Below are positions 11,091 to 19,235 of a stretch of 32,000 bases of DNA, piece after piece. The DNA lies in NCBI RefSeq assembly GCF_000284115.1, contig NC_017080.1:1740001-1772000 (forward strand), read 5' to 3'. Made by a program: the position numbers and the translations under genes. Source of the DNA: Phycisphaera mikurensis NBRC 102666 (lineage in GTDB: Bacteria; Planctomycetota; Phycisphaerae; Phycisphaerales; Phycisphaeraceae). Under the pieces are notes generated by a model. That model did no database searches, was not told where the DNA came from, and saw nothing but the letters and a program-made list of their open reading frames with translations. Each line of letters begins with the position of its first letter. Positions within the stretch are counted from its first letter, which is position 1.

Positions 11091-12281
11091 ATGCCCCACC
11101 CCCCGATCGGCCGCGCTTCCGTCCTCGTCGTGCTCGGGGCGGCTTCGCTGTCGGCGGGTTGCGGGCAGGAGGCGGCCCCGCCCGCACCACCGCCGGCCGA
11201 CGTGGTCGTCGCCGAGCCGGTCGTCCGCGACGTGACCCGCTATTACCGCTACTCGGGCACGACCGCGTCCCCCGAGGCCGTCGACGTCCGGGCCCGCGTG
11301 GCCGGTGTCCTCGAGGAGCAGCACTTCACCGCGAGCACCGACGTGGAGGCGGGCGACCGCCTCTTCACGATCGAGCGGCGGCCCTTCGAGGTGGCGGTCG
11401 AGTCGGCCCGGGCTCGGGTGGCCGAGGCCGACGCGAACCTCGAGCTGGCCCGCGTCGAGCGTGACCGCGTGACCGAGGCCTTCGACGCCGGAGCCGCGAC
11501 CGAGCAGGAGAAGCTCGAGCGGGAGGCGACGGTGAAGGCCGAGGAGGCCCGCCTGGCCGAGGCGCGCGCGCGGCTGGACGACGCCCGGATCCAGCTCGGC
11601 TACACGGAGGTCGCCTCGCCCATCGACGGCCGGGTCGGCCGCCGCCAGGCCGATCCCGGCAACCTCGTCGGCCGCACCGAGCCCACGGTGCTGACGCGCG
11701 TGGTCCAGCTCGACCCGATCCACGTCTACTTCGACGTGAGCGAGCGGATCGTGCTGGAGTACCTGGAGCGCGGCCGCAACGGCGGCGTCGGCCAAGAGGA
11801 AGCGCCGGTGATCCAGGTCGCCCGGGCCAACGACCCCGCCGGGGCGTTCCCCTTCGAGGGAAGGGTCGACTTCGTCGAGCCCGAGGTCGACGCCGGCACC
11901 GGCACGATCCGCGTCCGCGGGGTGGTCCCCAACGCCGAGAAGCTGCTGTTCCCCGGCCTGTTCGTCCGCATCCGGGCGCCGTACGACGTGATCGAGGGGG
12001 CGCTGCTGGTGGAGCGCGACGCGGTCGGACGGACGCTCGCCGGCGACACGCTGATGGTGGTGAACGACCAGAACCAGGTGGAGCAGCGCGTCGTGAGTCT
12101 CGGCGAGGAGGACGGCGGGCGGGTGACGGTTCTCAAGGGCCTCTCCGCCGGCGAGCGCTACGTCGTCCGCGGCCTTCAAAAGGCCCGGCCCGGGGCCGCG
12201 GTGAATCCGCTGACCGAGGCACAGATGGAGGAGAAGCTCCAGGAATCGGCCTCCATCGGGAAGGGCGGCGGCGACACCTGA
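11091..12281 (+). CDS. RND efflux periplasmic adaptor lipoprotein
   Basis: MPHPPIGRASVLVVLGAASLSAGC (lipobox), YYRYSGTTASPEAVDVRARVAGVLEEQHF, ARLDDARIQLGYTEVASPIDGRVGRRQADPGNLVG. Confidence 0.9.
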   Translation: MPHPPIGRASVLVVLGAASLSAGCGQEAAPPAPPPADVVVAEPVVRDVTRYYRYSGTTASPEAVDVRARVAGVLEEQHFTASTDVEAGDRLFTIERRPFEVAVESARARVAEADANLELARVERDRVTEAFDAGAATEQEKLEREATVKAEEARLAEARARLDDARIQLGYTEVASPIDGRVGRRQADPGNLVGRTEPTVLTRVVQLDPIHVYFDVSERIVLEYLERGRNGGVGQEEAPVIQVARANDPAGAFPFEGRVDFVEPEVDAGTGTIRVRGVVPNAEKLLFPGLFVRIRAPYDVIEGALLVERDAVGRTLAGDTLMVVNDQNQVEQRVVSLGEEDGGRVTVLKGLSAGERYVVRGLQKARPGAAVNPLTEAQMEEKLQESASIGKGGGDT

Positions 12282-12449
12282 TCCGCCCGGCGGTTCCCGG
12301 GGCCGCCGACGCGTGCGTCGGTCGGAACACCGGGCCGGGCGTCGTTTGGGCGTGCCCGAGCCGACGCCTGGGGCTCCGCCTTCACGACCGGCCGCGTCGC
12401 CGCGGCAGCCCCGCCCCACGCCTCCGGGCAATCCTCCCCAAACCGCCTC

Positions 12450-15400
12450 ATGCTCAGCCGCTTCTTCATCCACCGGCCCATCTTCGCCACCGTCATCGCG
12501 CTGCTGACGGTGGTCGCCGGGCTGGTCTCGGTGCCGCTGCTTCCCATTGAGCAGTACCCCGAGATCACGCCGCCGACCGTCCGCGTGAGCGTGCGCTACC
12601 CCGGCGCCGACGCCGTCACGCTCGCCGAGACGGTGACCGCGCCGATGGAGCAGGCGATCAACGGCGTCGAGGGGATGATCTACATGAAGTCGACCAGCTC
12701 CGACGACGGGAGCGTCAGCATCGACGTGACCTTCGAGCTGGGAACCGACGCCGACCTCGCCGCGGTCCGCGTGCAGAACAACGTGAACATCGCCGAGGCC
12801 CGGCTGCCCGAGGCGGTGCGGCGGCAGGGCATCACCGTGACCAAGCGCTCGCCGTCGCTCCTGCTGGTGATGTCGCTGGTCAGCGACGTGGACGAGGCGA
12901 CGGGCGAGCCCATCTACGACTACGCCTTCCTCTCCAACTACGCGACGCTGCGCGTGCTCGACCCGGTCGCGCGGACGCCCGGCGTGGGCGAGGCGAGCCT
13001 CTTCGGGCCCCGCGACTACTCGATGCGGATCTGGCTGGACCCGCAGAAGATGCGGGCCCGCGACCTCACCACCGTCGACGTGCTCGCCGAGCTGCGTGCC
13101 CAGAACGTGCAGCTCGCGGCGGGGCGCCTGGGGGACCAGCCCACGGGCGATCCAGACGGCTTCACCTACACGCTCACCAGCGAGGGGCGGCTGACGGATG
13201 TTTCGCAGTTCGAGGAGATCATCGTCAAGACCGGCGATGACCAGCGCGTCGTCCGCGTGAAAGACGTCGGCCGGGTGGAACTCGGCAGCGAGCTCTACGG
13301 CTCCACCGCCCGCCGCAACGGCCAGCCGGGGGCACAGATCCCCGTGTACCAGCTCCCGGGCAGCAACTCGGTGGAGACCTCCGCCGCGGTCAAGGCGGTG
13401 ATGGAGGAGCTCGCCGCCGACTTCCCGCCGGGGCTCCGCCACGAGGTCACCTTCGACTTCACCAAGTTCGTCGAGGCCTCGATCGAGGAGGTGGTCTTCA
13501 CCCTGCTGCTCGCCTCGGCGCTGGTGATCCTCGTCGTCTTCGTCTTCCTGCAGGACTGGCGGGCGACGCTGGTGCCGGCGATCACGATCCCGGTCTCGCT
13601 GGTGGGCACGCTGGCGGCGCTGCTGGTCTTTGGCTACTCGCTGAACCTGCTCACGCTCTTCGGCCTGGTCCTCGCGATCGGCATCGTGGTGGACGACGCG
13701 ATCGTCGTGGTCGAGAACTGCGCTCGGAAGATCGAGGAGACCGGCTGCTGCGCCGCCGACGCCGCGACCGACGCGATGCGCGAGATCACCGGCCCGATCG
13801 TCGCGACGACGCTCGTGGTGCTGGCGGTGTTCGTGCCCGCGGCGCTGCTGCCCGGGCTCACCGGGCAGCTCTACCGGCAGTTCGCGGTGACCCTGTCGGT
13901 CGCGACGGTCTTCAGCTCGGTCAACGCGCTGACGCTGAGCCCGGCCCTGTGCGCCCTGCTGCTCAAGCCGAGCCCGGGCTCGCGGGACGCGCACGGCCGC
14001 CGGGAGAAAGCCGAGGCGGAGCCAAGCCGCGGGGAGGCAGAACCTCCGGGCGGCGACGGGAGCGGGCCCGGTGACGATCCGCAGAGCGAGCCCGCCGAGC
14101 GGGAGCGGGAGCGGGCGGAGGCGTCGGCGTCGCCGGGCCGCGGCGGCTTGCTCGGCAAGGCCTTCAAGCCCTTCAACCGGGGCTTCGACCACGCGACCTC
14201 CGGCTACGCCTGGCTCGTCGGCAAAGCGGTTGCGCTGTGGCCGGTCACGCTGGTCGTCTACGCCGCCGCCGCCGCGGCCACCTACCTCGCGGTGACGCTG
14301 GCGCCCACGGGCTTCCTGCCCGAGGAGGACCAGGGCTACTTCTTCATCAACGTGCAGCTGCCCGAGGCCTCGAAGCTCGACCGCACCGACGCCGTGCTCC
14401 GCCGCGTGGAGCAGCTCCTCCTGGACAGCCCCGGCGTCGAGAGCACCATCGCCGTCGCCGGGTTCTCGCTCCTGGCGGGGGTCAACGCCCCCAACGCCGC
14501 GCTGTGCGTGGTCATCATGGAGGACTGGCCCGAGCGGCCCGATTGGCCCGTCACCCGGCTCATCGAGGAACTCGGCCCCCGCCTCGGCGGGATCCCCGAC
14601 GCGGCGGTTTTCGCCTTCAACCCGCCCGCGATCCGCGGGCTCGGCCAGGCGGGCGGCTTCGAGATGCAGATCCGCGACGAGAGCGACCTGGGCATCGAGG
14701 CGCTGGCGCAGGCGACGCGCGCCTTCCTCGACGCCGCCGCGGGCGACCCGAAGATCGGCCGCGCGCTCACGACCTTCAACGCCCAGAGCCCGCAGCAGAA
14801 GATCGTCATCGACCGCGAGCAGCACCTCAAGCTGGGCATCGAGCCGGAGGTCGTCAACGACACCCTCTCGACGATGCTCGGCGGGGCGTACGTCAACGAC
14901 TTCAACTACTTCGGCCGCGTCTACCGCGTGTACGCCCAGGCCGACACGCAGTACCGCCAGACCGAAGCCGACCTCCTGAACCTGCAGGTGCGCAATGACG
15001 AGGGCTCGATGACGCCGCTGGACTCGTTCGTCGAGCTGCTGCCGATCGTCGGCCCGCAGAACGTCGTGCGTTACAACCTCGCGACCTCCTCGACGGTCAA
15101 CGGCTCGGGGGCGCCGGGCGTGAGCAGCGGCGAAGTGCTCAGCACCGTCGACCGCATCGCCGCCGACGTCCTGCCCACGGGGATGGGCTACGACTGGACG
15201 GGCGTCACCTACCAGCAAGAGCAAGCGGGCAACACGGCGCCGATCGTGTTCGCGCTCGCCGTGGTGGTCGTGTTCCTGGTGCTCGCCGCGCAGTACGAGA
15301 GCTGGACGATCCCGCTGGCGATCCTGCTCGCGGTGCCGCTGGGTGTGCTGGGCGCGGTGCTCGGGCTGCTGTTCCGCGGCTTCCCCAACGACGTCTACGC

Positions 15401-15764
15401 GCAGATCGGCCTCGTGCTGCTGGTGGCGCTGGTGGCCAAGAACGCGATCCTGCTCGTCGAGTTCGCGGTGCAGAAGCGCAGCGGGGGCGACGGCGTGGTG
15501 GACGCCGCCGTCGAGGCGGCGCGGCTGCGCTTCCGGCCGATCCTGATGACGGCGTTCAGCTTCGTGCTCGGCACCGCGCCGCTGATGTTCGCCTCCGGCG
15601 CCGGGGCGACCTCCCGCCAGACGCTGGGCACCGCCGTCGTCGCCGGCATGGTCCTCGCCACCGCGTTGGGCCTGGTGATGACGCCGGTGTTCTACGCCGT
15701 GATCCAGCGGACCAAGGAGCGCTTCAAGCCGCGGACCGCGGACGAAAACGCCGAGAAAGCCTGA
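12450..15764 (+). CDS. RND-family efflux permease (HAE1/AcrB-like)
   Basis: MLSRFFIHRPIFATVIALLTVVAGLVSVPLLPIEQYPEITPPTVRVSVRYPGADAVTLAETVTAPMEQAINGVEGMIYMKSTSSDDG, LFGLVLAIGIVVDDAIVVVENCARKIEE and KNAILLVEFAVQK. Confidence 0.95.
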   Translation: MLSRFFIHRPIFATVIALLTVVAGLVSVPLLPIEQYPEITPPTVRVSVRYPGADAVTLAETVTAPMEQAINGVEGMIYMKSTSSDDGSVSIDVTFELGTDADLAAVRVQNNVNIAEARLPEAVRRQGITVTKRSPSLLLVMSLVSDVDEATGEPIYDYAFLSNYATLRVLDPVARTPGVGEASLFGPRDYSMRIWLDPQKMRARDLTTVDVLAELRAQNVQLAAGRLGDQPTGDPDGFTYTLTSEGRLTDVSQFEEIIVKTGDDQRVVRVKDVGRVELGSELYGSTARRNGQPGAQIPVYQLPGSNSVETSAAVKAVMEELAADFPPGLRHEVTFDFTKFVEASIEEVVFTLLLASALVILVVFVFLQDWRATLVPAITIPVSLVGTLAALLVFGYSLNLLTLFGLVLAIGIVVDDAIVVVENCARKIEETGCCAADAATDAMREITGPIVATTLVVLAVFVPAALLPGLTGQLYRQFAVTLSVATVFSSVNALTLSPALCALLLKPSPGSRDAHGRREKAEAEPSRGEAEPPGGDGSGPGDDPQSEPAERERERAEASASPGRGGLLGKAFKPFNRGFDHATSGYAWLVGKAVALWPVTLVVYAAAAAATYLAVTLAPTGFLPEEDQGYFFINVQLPEASKLDRTDAVLRRVEQLLLDSPGVESTIAVAGFSLLAGVNAPNAALCVVIMEDWPERPDWPVTRLIEELGPRLGGIPDAAVFAFNPPAIRGLGQAGGFEMQIRDESDLGIEALAQATRAFLDAAAGDPKIGRALTTFNAQSPQQKIVIDREQHLKLGIEPEVVNDTLSTMLGGAYVNDFNYFGRVYRVYAQADTQYRQTEADLLNLQVRNDEGSMTPLDSFVELLPIVGPQNVVRYNLATSSTVNGSGAPGVSSGEVLSTVDRIAADVLPTGMGYDWTGVTYQQEQAGNTAPIVFALAVVVVFLVLAAQYESWTIPLAILLAVPLGVLGAVLGLLFRGFPNDVYAQIGLVLLVALVAKNAILLVEFAVQKRSGGDGVVDAAVEAARLRFRPILMTAFSFVLGTAPLMFASGAGATSRQTLGTAVVAGMVLATALGLVMTPVFYAVIQRTKERFKPRTADENAEKA

Positions 15765-15774
15765 CGGTCCGCGG
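15729..15774. repeat. 46-bp dyad element, copy b: ccgcggaccg-N26-cggtccgcgg
   Basis: Left arm 15729-15738, right arm 15765-15774, perfect. The stem extends to 12 bp (15727-15738/15765-15776). Spans the RND permease stop codon at 15762-15764. Confidence 0.85.
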
Positions 15775-15829
15775 CTCGGACGCTCGCGGGGACGGCCGCC
15801 TCGGGCCGCCGGGGGGCTCCCCGAGACCT

Positions 15830-17287
15830 TCAACCGCCCAGGGCCGCCGCGGCCGCGTACACCCGGCGGTTCAGCTCTTTCATGTGCTCGAGCAGGGGCG
15901 GGTAGGGCTCGAAGACGCTGGTCACGATGCCCTTGTTGCTGTCGCGGTTGCTCGGGTCGGTGTTGAGGTTGGTCGGGTCGTTGTCGCGGTACTTGAACCA
16001 GTGCCAGCCGACGCAGCCGCGCGTCTCCAGCAGCGAGAGCGCGTAGTGCTGGTAGAACGCGCCGCGGTCGGCCTGGGTCGGCACCGTCCAGCCGGCGCCG
16101 CTGCCGTTGCTCATCCCGCTGTCCTCGCCCTTGGCGTACCACTCGGTGACGATCACCGGGCGGTCGGCCCAGCGGGACAGCTCCTCGATCCGCCGGCCCG
16201 GCGTCCAGTCGTAGTAGTGGTTCGTCGAGAGCACGTCGGCGTGCCGGCCCACCGCCTCGACCAGCGGCCGGCACCGCTTCTCGCTGCCGTAGAGGCGCGG
16301 GCCGAGGATCAGGTGGTTCGGGTCCACCGCGCGGATCGCCTCCACGACGGTGCCGAGGTAGACGTCCATCACGTGCCCGCGCCAGCGCTCGCCGGAGGCC
16401 TCGCCGTCGCCGTGCTCGGCCACCCACCGCGCGGCCTCGGCCCGCCCGGGGTCGCCCTCCGCCAGCGCCAGGAAGCGCCGCAGCGAGTCCTTCGGGAAGG
16501 GCAGCTCGTTGTCGGTGAAGTGCCCGAGCAGCCAGGGGTCGTCGCGGGTGGCGGCGAGCCGCTGCCGCGCGTGGCGCCGGCAGAAGGCGGGGAAGGCGGG
16601 GTCGAAGGCGAAGATGCACGAACCGGGGTAGAGCTTGTGGCCCGAGCCCTGCGCGAGCCCGCCCCGCTCGCGCTCGCCGTAGGTCGTCATGAAGTTCGCG
16701 TTGGGGCAGTAGGCCAGCGGCGCCGGCCCGGCGCGGTTCAAGGCGTCGTCGCTCCAGCTGCCGGTCGTGTTGAAGCCGTGCTCGTGCAGCATCGGCTGGG
16801 TCTGGTCCCGCCAGCGCTCCGGCTCGCCGCCGAAGCGTTCCGCGTACGCCGCCGCGCCCAGCGTGCCGCCGTCCCGCTCGCCGGGGTTCTGCCCCCGGAC
16901 GCTGTTGAGCCCGACGCTGAGGAAGGGCAGCCCCTCGGGGTCGAACAGCCACCAGCGGCCGCCGTGCCGGCCGGTCGTGAAGAAGCCGGTGCCCGCGCGC
17001 CGGAAGGGCGACGCCGCCCAGCCGCCGTAAGGGCCGATCACGTCGGCCTCCGCCGGCAGGCCGGCGACGTCCTCGACCAGCCGCACCGGGTGCGGCTTGG
17101 CGTCCGCGGCGGTCTGCTTCTTGGTCCACACCCGCACGGTGCGCCCGCCGGACTGCGCACGAGCCGAACCGATCCCGCCGGTCACCCAGGCGGCCACGCC
17201 CGCGGCCCCCGCGAGCACGGCCGCGCGCCGGGAGAGCCGGGGCACCGGGAGCGGGCCGGAAGACGGGCGGGGAGCGGGCTTGGGCAT
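15830..17287 (-). CDS. Tat-exported glycoside hydrolase, agarase-like (GH50-like superfamily)
   Basis: SRRAAVLAGAAGVAAW Tat-like signal, WWLFDPEGLPFLSVGLNSVRG, LLGHFTDNELPF (candidate acid/base E), RPVIVTEWYAKG (candidate nucleophile E), GWHWFKYRDNDPTNLNTDPSNRDSNKGIV. Confidence 0.65.
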   Translation of the reverse strand: MPKPAPRPSSGPLPVPRLSRRAAVLAGAAGVAAWVTGGIGSARAQSGGRTVRVWTKKQTAADAKPHPVRLVEDVAGLPAEADVIGPYGGWAASPFRRAGTGFFTTGRHGGRWWLFDPEGLPFLSVGLNSVRGQNPGERDGGTLGAAAYAERFGGEPERWRDQTQPMLHEHGFNTTGSWSDDALNRAGPAPLAYCPNANFMTTYGERERGGLAQGSGHKLYPGSCIFAFDPAFPAFCRRHARQRLAATRDDPWLLGHFTDNELPFPKDSLRRFLALAEGDPGRAEAARWVAEHGDGEASGERWRGHVMDVYLGTVVEAIRAVDPNHLILGPRLYGSEKRCRPLVEAVGRHADVLSTNHYYDWTPGRRIEELSRWADRPVIVTEWYAKGEDSGMSNGSGAGWTVPTQADRGAFYQHYALSLLETRGCVGWHWFKYRDNDPTNLNTDPSNRDSNKGIVTSVFEPYPPLLEHMKELNRRVYAAAAALGG

Positions 17288-17352
17288 CCCGGCAAGCTAT
17301 CGGTTGTCGACAATCCGGGCGGATCGATCCCCCGCCGCGAGGGGCGAGGGCG

Positions 17353-18063
17353 TCAACCCATCGGCAGCGGGTCCGAGGACCGCACCGCGTCGATGGGCCG
17401 GCGTCGCAAGCGCGTCCGCTGCTTCCCCGCCTCGTCGAAGTTGACGGGCCGGAGCCACTCGACGAAGGCGGGCCGCCGCTCCGGCCACTCCCTGTCCAGC
17501 AGCGCGTAGCAGGCCGTGTCGCGGTTCTGGTCGCGGGCCACGCGGTGCTGGCGGGCGATGCCCTCGAAGCGGAAGCCGAGGCGGTCGGCGGCGCGGCGCG
17601 AGGGCTCGTCGCCGGCGTTGCACTTCCACTCCACGCGGCGGTAGCCGGCGGCGAAGGCGTGGTCGATCAGAAGGAAGTGGGCCTCGGTCGGGGCCTGCGT
17701 GGCGGCGTATCCGGGGCCGTGGGCGGCGTAGCCGATCCCGACCACGCCGTGCGGCGGGTTCATCTGCAGGTACGCCGCCATGCCCACCGCCGTTCCCTCA
17801 GGCCCGCGGAGCAGGCACGCGGCGGCGTCCAGGTCGATCGCGATCGCGTGCAGCCGGTCCCGCAGGTCCTCCGCCGTGTGGAGCGGGTCCCAGCCAAGCC
17901 ATCGGAGGTGGTGATCGGCCCGCTCGTCGCCGCCGAAGGCCTCCCAGAGCGGGGCGGCGTCGCGGTCGGGGTCCAGCGGCCCGATCGAGAGCCAGTGCCC
18001 GCGGACCCGCGGGGCGGCGAGCGGCGGCGGCGGCGTCCAGTGCAGCGGGGGGCGTGCTTCCAT
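17353..18063 (-). CDS. GNAT-family N-acetyltransferase (RimJ/RimL-like)
   Basis: MEARPPLHWTPPPPLAAPRVRGHWLSIGPLDPDRDAAPLWEAF, VGMAAYLQMNPPHGVVGIGY, AFAAGYRRVEWKCNAGDEPSRRAADRLGFRFEG. Confidence 0.82.
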   Translation of the reverse strand: MEARPPLHWTPPPPLAAPRVRGHWLSIGPLDPDRDAAPLWEAFGGDERADHHLRWLGWDPLHTAEDLRDRLHAIAIDLDAAACLLRGPEGTAVGMAAYLQMNPPHGVVGIGYAAHGPGYAATQAPTEAHFLLIDHAFAAGYRRVEWKCNAGDEPSRRAADRLGFRFEGIARQHRVARDQNRDTACYALLDREWPERRPAFVEWLRPVNFDEAGKQRTRLRRRPIDAVRSSDPLPMG

Positions 18064-18098
18064 GCGGGGAGCATGACGGGGAGGGGCCGGCCCGGGGT

Positions 18099-19235
18099 TC
18101 AGCCGGTCAGCACGAGGCTGTCGCGGTGGATGACGGCGCTGTAGGCGGGCCGGCCGAGGATGCGCGCAAAGTCGCCGGACTGCCTGCCCTGCAGCAGCCG
18201 CACCTCGGCGGCGGCGTAGTTGGAGAGGCCGCGGGCGAGCTCGCGGCCGGCGGCGTCGCGGACGAGCAGCACGTCGCCGCGGTCGAAAGCGCCGGTGGTG
18301 GCGGTGATGCCCGACGCGAGCAGCGACGCCCCGCCGCCGGCGAGGGCTCGGGCCGCGCCCGCGTCGACGGTGACGCCGCCGGCGGGGCGGGCGGTGAGGC
18401 CGATCCAGCGGCGGCGGGCGTCCAGGCGGCGCGCGGCGGGGACGAACAGCGTGCCGGCGTCTTCGGCCTCGCCGGCGAGCACGCGGGCGACGACGTCTCT
18501 CTGCCGGCCGCCGGCGATGACGCAGGTGGCGCCCGCGCCGACGACGATCCGGGCGGCGTCGATCTTGGTGCCCATGCCGCCGGAGCCCCAGCCGCTGCGG
18601 TCGGCCCGCACCTGCGCGGACGCGGCCAGGAGGTCGCTGACCTCCGGGATGACGGCGCCGCCGCCGTCGAGCAGGCCGGCGACCCCCGAGAGGATCACCA
18701 GCGCGTCGGCGTGGACGGCGTTGGACAGCAGCGCGGCGAGGAGGTCGTTGTCGCCGAAGCGCAGCTCCTCGACGGCGACGGTGTCGTTCTCGTTGGCGAT
18801 CGGCACGCAATCCATCGCCTGCAGCCGGGTGACGCAGTTGTGCAGGTTGAGGAAGCGCAGGCGGTCGTCGAAGTCGGTCCGCGTGAGCAGCACCTGCCCC
18901 ACGCCGAGGCCGACTCTGGCGAAGGCGTCGTGCCAGTGCGTCATCAGCCGCCGCTGGCCCACGGCCGCGACGGCCTGTGCGTCGGCCACGTCGGTGGGGC
19001 GGTCGGCCCGCCCCAGCTCCGCGCAGCCCGCCGCGATCGCCCCGCTGGAGACCAGCGTCACCCGCCGGCCGTCGGCGTGCAGGCCCGCCACCTGGCGGGC
19101 GATCGCGCCGATGAAGCGGGTGTCCACCGCCAGCCGCGGCTCGCCGCCGCCACGCGGCCGGCGGGCGGTGGCGAGCAGCTGCGAGCCGATCTTGACGACG
19201 ATCTCTCTGGCGTTCGTGAGTGCGGTGCGGGGCAT
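18099..19235 (-). CDS. proB: Glutamate 5-kinase with C-terminal PUA domain
   Basis: MPRTALTNAREIVVKIGSQLLA, VTLVSSGAIAAGCAELG, AVGQRRLMTHW, VPIANENDTVAVEELRFGDNDLLAALLSNAVHADALVILSGVAGL, GGMGTKIDAARI; PUA-like RGDVLLVRDAAGRELARGLSNY. Confidence 0.93.
   Translation of the reverse strand: MPRTALTNAREIVVKIGSQLLATARRPRGGGEPRLAVDTRFIGAIARQVAGLHADGRRVTLVSSGAIAAGCAELGRADRPTDVADAQAVAAVGQRRLMTHWHDAFARVGLGVGQVLLTRTDFDDRLRFLNLHNCVTRLQAMDCVPIANENDTVAVEELRFGDNDLLAALLSNAVHADALVILSGVAGLLDGGGAVIPEVSDLLAASAQVRADRSGWGSGGMGTKIDAARIVVGAGATCVIAGGRQRDVVARVLAGEAEDAGTLFVPAARRLDARRRWIGLTARPAGGVTVDAGAARALAGGGASLLASGITATTGAFDRGDVLLVRDAAGRELARGLSNYAAAEVRLLQGRQSGDFARILGRPAYSAVIHRDSLVLTG

Noticed and set aside
15775-15829. 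GC-rich inverted segments between convergent genes (cggccgcctcgggccg region)
   Set aside because: They could be a terminator, but the stems are short and ambiguous and there is no T tract, so it was not listed as a feature.
11061-17129. Very long 2022-aa minus-strand ORF, and similar long ORFs such as 6401..10033 (+), 4590..6722 (+), 1153..3477 (-) and 25317..27221 (-)
   Set aside because: They lie antisense to well-supported genes with recognisable protein motifs. Their translations are His/Arg/Pro/Gly/Ala-rich low-complexity strings typical of non-coding frames in about 73% GC DNA.
17999-18008. Additional arm-like sequence ccgcggaccc near the GNAT gene start
   Set aside because: It matches 9/10 of the dyad arm, but no partner arm is present at the 36-bp offset, so it was not counted as a copy.
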